A stretch of 12,332 bases of DNA, from positions 1-12,332 of the forward strand of contig JBGQHJ010000145.1 in NCBI GenBank assembly GCA_041497895.1. The letters run 5' to 3'. A model generated the notes under the pieces. It saw only the letters and a list, made by a program, of their open reading frames with translations. It was not told the DNA's origin and did no database searches. Positions within the stretch are counted from its first letter, which is position 1. Each line of letters begins with the position of its first letter. Origin of the DNA: Candidatus Methylomirabilia bacterium. GTDB taxonomy: Bacteria > Methylomirabilota > Methylomirabilia > Rokubacteriales > CSP1-6. The position numbers were made by a program, and so were the translations under genes. Below are positions 7,387 to 12,332 of this stretch, in pieces.

Positions 7387-8900
7387 GGCCTCATCAGCAG
7401 CGCGGACGTCGCTTGCGCCTTGGTCTGCACCTGGGCGATGAGGGCCTGCACGCTCGGCTCGGTCATGGTGGTGAACGTGGTCGGGTAGACGCCGATCCAC
7501 ACGATGAAGAGCAGCACCGGCAGCAGGACGGCCCACTCCCGCGGGGTCAGGTCGACGAGGCGGCGGTTGGCCTCGTGGGTCACCTCGCCGAAGCACACCC
7601 GCTGGTACATCCAGAGCAGGTACACCGCCGCGAAGATGATGCCGCTGGTCGCGAGCACCGCGGCGAGCCGGTGCACCTGGAACGTGCCGAGCAGGATGAG
7701 GAACTCGCCCACGAAGCCGTTCAGGCCGGGCAGCCCGAGCGAGGAGAGGCACACGATCAGGAACAGCACGCTGAAGGCGGGGATCACCTTCCAGAGCCCG
7801 CCGAAGTCGGCGATGAGCCGGGTGTGGCGCCGCTCGTAGATCATACCGACCATGAGGAAGAGCGCGCCGGTGCTGAGCCCGTGGTTCACCATCTGGATGA
7901 TGCCGCCCACCATGCCCTGGGGGGTCAGGGTGAAGAGGCCCAGCACCACGAAGCCCAGGTGGCTCACGCTCGAGTAGGCCACCAGCTTCTTGATGTCCGG
8001 CTGCACGGTGGAGACCCACGCCCCGTAGATGATGCCGATCACCGACAGCGTGAAGATCCACGGGGCCCACGTCATGCTCGCCTGCGGGAACAGGGGCAGG
8101 CAGAAGCGCAGGAAGCCGTAGGTGCCCATCTTCAAGAGCACGCCGGCCAGGATCACGCTGCCCGCGGTGGGCGCCTCCACGTGGGCGTCGGGCAGCCAGG
8201 TGTGGAACGGGAACATCGGCACCTTGATCGCGAAGGCGACCGCGAAGGCCAGGAAGAGCAGGTCCTGGGTCAGCCCGCCCGGGATGACGAAGCGCACCAG
8301 GACCGGCAGGTCGAAGGTGTAGGCGCCGGTGGCCACCCCGTGCTGGAAGTACACGAACAGGATGGCCACCAGCATCAGGAGCGAGCCGGCGAGCGTGTAG
8401 AGGATGAACTTGACCGCCGCGTACACCCGGTTCGGCCCGCCCCAGATCCCGATGATCAGGTACATCGGGATCAGCATCGCCTCCCAGAAGACGTAGAACA
8501 GGAAGAGGTCGAGGGCCACGAAGACCCCGAGCATCCCCGTCTCCAGGAGCAGCATGGTGATGGCGAACTCCTTCCAGCGCGACTCCACCGACGTCCATGA
8601 GGAGAGCAGCACGAGCGGCATCAGGAACGTGGTCAGCAGCACCAGCAGCACGCTGATGCCGTCCACCCCCACGTGGTAGGACACGCCGAGCGAGGGGATC
8701 CACGCGCGCTGCTCCACGAACTGGTAGTCCGCCGAGGTCGCGTCGAACCGGAAGTACACCGGCAGCGAGATCACGAACGTCACCAGGGTCGTCCCCAGCG
8801 TGACCAGCTTGGTGACGTGCTCCTGGCGGCGGGGCAGCAGCAGGACGACGATCGCCCCGACCAGCGGGGCGAAGGTGACGAGCGTGAGGAGGTACGCCAT
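7383..8900 (-). CDS. nuoM: NADH-quinone oxidoreductase subunit M
   Basis: 505 aa from ATG at 8900 (MAYLLTLVTFAP…). Motifs GVDGIS, FYVFWEAMLIPMY, KVPMFPFHTWLPDAHVEAP, LLKMGTYG, AYSSVSH, GLPGLNGFVGE. Confidence 0.95.
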   Translation of the reverse strand: MAYLLTLVTFAPLVGAIVVLLLPRRQEHVTKLVTLGTTLVTFVISLPVYFRFDATSADYQFVEQRAWIPSLGVSYHVGVDGISVLLVLLTTFLMPLVLLSSWTSVESRWKEFAITMLLLETGMLGVFVALDLFLFYVFWEAMLIPMYLIIGIWGGPNRVYAAVKFILYTLAGSLLMLVAILFVYFQHGVATGAYTFDLPVLVRFVIPGGLTQDLLFLAFAVAFAIKVPMFPFHTWLPDAHVEAPTAGSVILAGVLLKMGTYGFLRFCLPLFPQASMTWAPWIFTLSVIGIIYGAWVSTVQPDIKKLVAYSSVSHLGFVVLGLFTLTPQGMVGGIIQMVNHGLSTGALFLMVGMIYERRHTRLIADFGGLWKVIPAFSVLFLIVCLSSLGLPGLNGFVGEFLILLGTFQVHRLAAVLATSGIIFAAVYLLWMYQRVCFGEVTHEANRRLVDLTPREWAVLLPVLLFIVWIGVYPTTFTTMTEPSVQALIAQVQTKAQATSALLMRP

Positions 8901-8905
8901 GCGGG

Positions 8906-10786
8906 CTAGCGGCGCGCGAGCAGGTAGGCGACCACCGCGACCGCGCCCAGCAGGATGCCGAGCGCGTAGTTCATCACGAAGCCGGTCTGCACCCGGCGGA
9001 GGCCGCGGGCCCAGCCCGCCACCAGGGTCGCCACCCCGTTGACGATGCCGTCGATGAGGCCGGGATCGAAGACGCGGGCCAGCCAGAGCGAGAGGTGGTA
9101 GATCGGCTTCACGAAGAGCGCGTCGTAGATCTCGTCCACGTAGTACTTCTCGATCAGCAGCTTGTGCAGCGGGTTGCGCGCCACCCCGATGGAGGCGGCC
9201 CGCACCGGGGTACGGCCGTAGACCATCCAGGCCAGCGCGACCCCCGCGATGGCCACAAGGGCCGAGAGCACCAGCAGGCTGAAGGCCACCCCCGCGCTGT
9301 GCTCGGCCTCCTCGAGCGGGAGCACCGGGGCGAGGAAGTGGGCGAACGCGGTGCCCTGCGACGAGGGAATGCCCACCGCGAGGCCCGCCACCACCGTGAG
9401 GATCGCGAGCACGACGAGCGGCAATGTCATCACCGCGGGCGATTCGTGGATGTGGTGCGCCACCTCCTTCGGCATGCGCGGGCCCCCGAAGAAGGCGAGG
9501 AACACGAGCCGGAAGGTGTAGAAGGCGGTCATGAACGCGCCGGCCAGCAGGAGCGCCCACAGCAGGTAGCGGTGGCCGTGGAACACCGCGCCGAGGATCT
9601 CGTCCTTCGAGAAGAAGCCGGCGAGCGGCGGCACCCCGGCCAGGCCGAAGGCGCCCACCAGGAAGGTCACGGTGGTGGTCATCATGCGCGGGGCCAGGCC
9701 GCCCATCTTGCGCAGGTCCTGCTCACCGGAGAGGCCGTGAATCACGCTGCCCGCGCCGAGGAAGAGCAGGGCCTTGAAGAAGGCGTGCGTGACGAGGTGG
9801 AAGATCCCGGCCGCGTACGCGCCCACCCCCACCCCCACGAACATGTAGCCCAGCTGGCTGATCGTGGAGTACGCGAGCACGCGCTTGATGTCGGTCTGCG
9901 CGAGCCCGATGGAGGCCGCGAAGAGCGCGGTGAGCCCGCCCACCCAGGCCACGATCTCGAGCGAGAGCGGCGCCATCTCGAAGAGCTTGTGGCAGCGCGC
10001 CACCATGTAGACGCCCGCGGTCACCATGGTCGCGGCGTGGATGAGGGCCGAGACCGGGGTCGGGCCCTCCATCGCGTCCGGCAGCCAGGTGAACAGCGGC
10101 AGCTGCGCCGACTTGCCGCACGCGCCCATGAAGAGGAGGAGCGCGATCGCGAGGTAGACGTTGGTGGAGACGCTCGCGTCCGCCTTGGCGAACACCTCGC
10201 CGTAGTTCAGCGTGCCGAAGGTGACCCAGATCAGCATGATGCCGAGACCGAAGCCGAAGTCCCCCACCCGGTTGACGATGAAGGCCTTCTTGCCCGCGTC
10301 GGACGCCGACTTCCTCTCGTACCAGAAGCCGATCAGCAGGTACGAGCAGAGGCCGACCGCCTCCCAGAACACGTAGAGGATCAGGAAGTTGCCCGCCAGC
10401 ACCAGCATCACCATCGAGAACACGAACAGGTTCAGGTAGGTGAAGAAGCGGGCGTAGCCGTGATCGTCGTGCATGTAGCCGGCGGAGTAGAGGTGGATGA
10501 GGAAGCCCACTCCGGTCACCACCAGCAGCATCACCGCGGTGAGCTGGTCCACCTGGGCGGTGACCGCGGCCTTGAAGGACCCCGCGATCACCCAGGGAAA
10601 CAGGTCGCCGGTCCAGGTCTCGCCGTGCCAGACCCGCGAGAACACCAGACACGACGTCACGAACGAGGCGAACAGGGCGGGGACCGCGATCCAGTGCGCC
10701 TTGTGCCCGATGAAGCGCCCGAACAGGGCGTTGATCAACGTGCCGACCAGCGGGAACAGCGGGATCAGCCAGACGAGTCGTGACAT
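8906..10786 (-). CDS. nuoL: NADH-quinone oxidoreductase subunit L
   Basis: 626 aa. Motifs WEAVGLCSYLLIGFW, NRVGD, GKSAQLPL..WLPDAMEGPTPVSALIHAATMV, HAFFKALLF, GFFSKD. The C-terminal transverse-helix region (KYYVDEIY…IDGIVNG…QTG) is present, with no MrpA-type extension. Confidence 0.95.
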   Translation of the reverse strand: MSRLVWLIPLFPLVGTLINALFGRFIGHKAHWIAVPALFASFVTSCLVFSRVWHGETWTGDLFPWVIAGSFKAAVTAQVDQLTAVMLLVVTGVGFLIHLYSAGYMHDDHGYARFFTYLNLFVFSMVMLVLAGNFLILYVFWEAVGLCSYLLIGFWYERKSASDAGKKAFIVNRVGDFGFGLGIMLIWVTFGTLNYGEVFAKADASVSTNVYLAIALLLFMGACGKSAQLPLFTWLPDAMEGPTPVSALIHAATMVTAGVYMVARCHKLFEMAPLSLEIVAWVGGLTALFAASIGLAQTDIKRVLAYSTISQLGYMFVGVGVGAYAAGIFHLVTHAFFKALLFLGAGSVIHGLSGEQDLRKMGGLAPRMMTTTVTFLVGAFGLAGVPPLAGFFSKDEILGAVFHGHRYLLWALLLAGAFMTAFYTFRLVFLAFFGGPRMPKEVAHHIHESPAVMTLPLVVLAILTVVAGLAVGIPSSQGTAFAHFLAPVLPLEEAEHSAGVAFSLLVLSALVAIAGVALAWMVYGRTPVRAASIGVARNPLHKLLIEKYYVDEIYDALFVKPIYHLSLWLARVFDPGLIDGIVNGVATLVAGWARGLRRVQTGFVMNYALGILLGAVAVVAYLLARR

Positions 10787-10809
10787 GAGCTCGGGTGCAA
10801 ACCCGCAAC

Positions 10810-10839
10810 ACTCTAAGCGGAACCGGGTGGGAGTGTCAA
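10810..10839 (-). promoter_or_regulatory. Sigma70-type promoter of nuoL
   Basis: Minus-strand perfect -35 TTGACA (10839-10834), 18-bp spacer, -10 TAGAGT (10815-10810). Predicted start site near 10803. Confidence 0.75.
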
Positions 10840-11294
10840 GGTTGCGACGGCCCGCCGCCGTCGCGCAACCGAGGCTCCACGAAGCGGAAATACATGAACG
10901 GAATCAGGTAGAACAGGAGCAGGTGACCGGAGAGCAGCCGCACGCTCGCCGCGCCCTCGTCGCCCAGCAGGAGGCAGAGCACGAGGTTCATCAGCACGTA
11001 GGCGATCACCGCCGCCCCCGCACGCTTCGGCCCCTCCGGGATCTGCGCGAGCAGCACTCGCCACTCCACCATCCGCAGGGTCCCCCGCCCGCGCGCGGGC
11101 GCGCCCGACTCCCGCAGCCGCACGATCAGGGCGGCCAGCAGGACGAACGCCCCCGCGAGCAGCAGGAGCGCGCCGGCGGCCGCGTAGGCGGGAGGGAACG
11201 GGGTGAAGGTGGAGAGGTGCAGCACCGCGCTGGCCACGAAGCCTACCGTGGCGGTCACGCGGAAAACTTTTCCCCCGCCGATGCGCTCGGACAC
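10836..11294 (-). CDS. Hypothetical integral membrane protein (~152 aa, about 4 TM helices)
   Basis: Four hydrophobic stretches (TATVGFVASAVLHL; AAAGALLLLAGAFVLLAALIV; AGAAVIAYVLMNLVLCLLL; LLSGHLLLFYLIPFMYF). Start uncertain; GTG at 11294 was chosen because the track's start at 11384 runs through the promoter/hairpin region. Confidence 0.65.
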   Translation of the reverse strand: MSERIGGGKVFRVTATVGFVASAVLHLSTFTPFPPAYAAAGALLLLAGAFVLLAALIVRLRESGAPARGRGTLRMVEWRVLLAQIPEGPKRAGAAVIAYVLMNLVLCLLLGDEGAASVRLLSGHLLLFYLIPFMYFRFVEPRLRDGGGPSQP

Positions 11295-11306
11295 GGGTCC
11301 CTGTCT

Positions 11307-11312
11307 AGCATA
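11307..11312 (-). promoter_or_regulatory. Possible -10 element for the hypothetical membrane protein gene
   Basis: Minus-strand TATGCT in an AT-rich patch 12 nt upstream of the GTG at 11294. No recognisable -35. Confidence 0.35.
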
Positions 11313-11333
11313 AACGGGAGCATCTCTATCTGA

Positions 11334-11398
11334 TTCGCTCGGCTCGCCTTCGGCTCGCCTCGCAAACTTTCGGCCGCAGACCACCGGTGCTTGCGGTC
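11334..11398. repeat. Structured REP-like intergenic element (GA-mismatch hairpin plus a second imperfect hairpin)
   Basis: 11337-11363 is symmetric about 11350; minus strand GC-GA-GGC-GA-GCC-GAA-GGC-GA-GCC-GA-GC. It is followed by CCGCA…CACCGGTG…TGCGG (11374-11396). Confidence 0.55.
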
Positions 11399-11432
11399 AG
11401 CCGCGCAAAACCTAGGCCGGAGCGCGCCCGGC

Positions 11433-11441
11433 TGCTACCAT
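11433..11441 (+). promoter_or_regulatory. Extended -10 promoter element, probably giving a leaderless mRNA
   Basis: TGcTACCAT ends 6 nt before the GTG start at 11448, and no Shine-Dalgarno is present. Confidence 0.6.
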
Positions 11442-11447
11442 GGCTTC

Positions 11448-12332
11448 GTGGCTCGGTCGCGCCTCCGGATCTGGCTGATCATCTTCTTCGTTCCCATCCT
11501 CCTGGTGCTGGGCGGGATCGGCTATCTCGCGTGGCGACAGAGCGTGCCCGCGGTGCGCGTGGAGTTCTCACCGGTGCCGAAGTTCATCGGGGCGCGCACG
11601 CCCATCACCCTCGACCTGCACGCCCGCCGCGGCGGGGTGCAGTCGGTCGACATCCGGCTCCAGCAGGGTGGGACCCGCGTGAACGTGGCCCAGCAGACCT
11701 TCTCCGGCCCGGCCACCAACGACCAGCGCGTGCAGCTCATCGTGGCCGGCGGCTCCCTCGGGCTGCGCGAGGGCGCGGCCACCCTCGAGGTGCGGGCGCG
11801 CGACGGCTTCTGGCGGCCGATCCGGGTCGACGACCGCACCATCGCGAGCCTGCCGGTCACCCTCGACTTCACGCCGCCCACCCTCGAGATCCTCTCCTCC
11901 ACGCGCTACCTCTCGCGCGGCGGCGGCGGGCTGGTCGCGCTGCGGGCCAAGGGCGCCGCGCGGGTGGGGGTGACGGTGGGCGATCTCTTCTTCCCGGGCT
12001 TCCCGGCCGGCGCGCCCGACTCGGGCCTCTACGCCACGCTCTACGCGCTACCGTGGAACCTGCCGCCCAACTCGCCGATCACCGCCTCCGCGCAGGACGA
12101 GGCGGGCAACGCGGTCTCGCGCGCGCTCGCGGTCGACATCCGCCCGCGCAAGTTCCCGATGGACACCATCGAGATCGGCGAGCAGTTCCTCGCGAGCAAG
12201 ATGCCGGAGCTCCTGCCCGAGCGCGGGCAGATCCCGCCCGACCAGCTCCTCGCCGCCTTCCTCACCGTCAACCGCGACAAGCGGAAGGAAGCCGAGGAGA
12301 TGAAGCGGAAGCTCGCGCAGAAGAGCAAGCCC
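11448..12332 (+). CDS. Membrane-anchored protein, probably the N-terminal part of an M23-family metallopeptidase (3' end beyond the right edge)
   Basis: Not in the ORF track; translated by hand: MARSRLRIWLIIFFVPILLVLGGIGYLAWRQ…LREGAATLEVRARDGFW…VTLDFTPPTLEILSSTRYLSRGGGGLV…AQDEAGN…RKFPMDTIEIGEQFLASKMPEL…AFLTVNRDKRKE…, open to the window end. N-terminal TM anchor and Ig-like DxTPP/DxAGN motifs resemble delta/epsilonproteobacterial M23 proteins. The catalytic HxxxD/HxH motifs are not inside the window. Confidence 0.72.
   Translation, partial: MARSRLRIWLIIFFVPILLVLGGIGYLAWRQSVPAVRVEFSPVPKFIGARTPITLDLHARRGGVQSVDIRLQQGGTRVNVAQQTFSGPATNDQRVQLIVAGGSLGLREGAATLEVRARDGFWRPIRVDDRTIASLPVTLDFTPPTLEILSSTRYLSRGGGGLVALRAKGAARVGVTVGDLFFPGFPAGAPDSGLYATLYALPWNLPPNSPITASAQDEAGNAVSRALAVDIRPRKFPMDTIEIGEQFLASKMPELLPERGQIPPDQLLAAFLTVNRDKRKEAEEMKRKLAQKSKP

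Noticed and set aside
5914..8703. 929-aa ORF suggesting an N-terminally extended or fused NuoN
   Set aside because: The extension is an off-frame Arg/Pro/Gly-rich reading of nuoM. NuoN similarity starts at ATG 7386, which overlaps the nuoM stop.
7383..9560. 725-aa ORF suggesting an extended NuoM
   Set aside because: The first ~220 aa are an off-frame reading of nuoL. The real start is 8900.
10729..10740. 12-bp palindrome CGTTGATCAACG resembling FNR half-sites
   Set aside because: It is inside nuoL coding sequence and lacks the N4 spacer of TTGAT-N4-ATCAA. Likely chance.
1105..10783. Many long antisense and alternate-frame ORFs (e.g. 3490-5178, 6262-7488, 9095-10783)
   Set aside because: These are shadow ORFs expected from stop-poor, high-GC codon usage opposite real genes. 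No recognisable motifs.
5914..10786. Mrp antiporter or DAB CO2-pump interpretation of the three subunits
   Set aside because: Sizes, order and motifs fit NuoL/M/N. No MrpB/C/E/F/G or DabA (DUF2309) gene is present.
11440..11442. ATG start for the right-hand gene, implying a frameshift
   Set aside because: It is out of frame and part of the -10 hexamer. The in-frame GTG at 11448 gives a complete N-terminal anchor.

Overview
GC-rich bacterial chromosomal window (roughly 70% GC by eye). The style is compatible with Candidatus Rokubacteria/Methylomirabilota, but that is only an impression. Most of it is one minus-strand gene run, listed here in transcription order: a hypothetical membrane protein; nuoL-nuoM-nuoN (complex I antiporter-like subunits, with no nuoA-K next to them); a NagD-type HAD-IIA phosphatase; glpD-like FAD glycerol-3-phosphate dehydrogenase; a small secreted hypothetical protein; and ugpB-ugpA-ugpE (sn-glycerol-3-phosphate ABC transporter, cut by the left edge). 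A divergent plus-strand gene, probably an M23-family peptidase and missing from the ORF track, runs off the right edge. The most notable observations are: (1) nuoLMN is detached from the rest of complex I, has its own near-consensus sigma70 promoter and runs straight into glycerol-phosphate genes; (2) a BoxC-like palindrome fills the whole nuoN-HAD gap and carries a G-quadruplex motif over the HAD initiation site; (3) a symmetric GA-mismatch/GAA-triloop hairpin element lies in the divergent promoter region; (4) the right-hand gene is apparently leaderless. No rRNA, tRNA, CRISPR array or transposase was seen, and I cannot claim a proven novel system.
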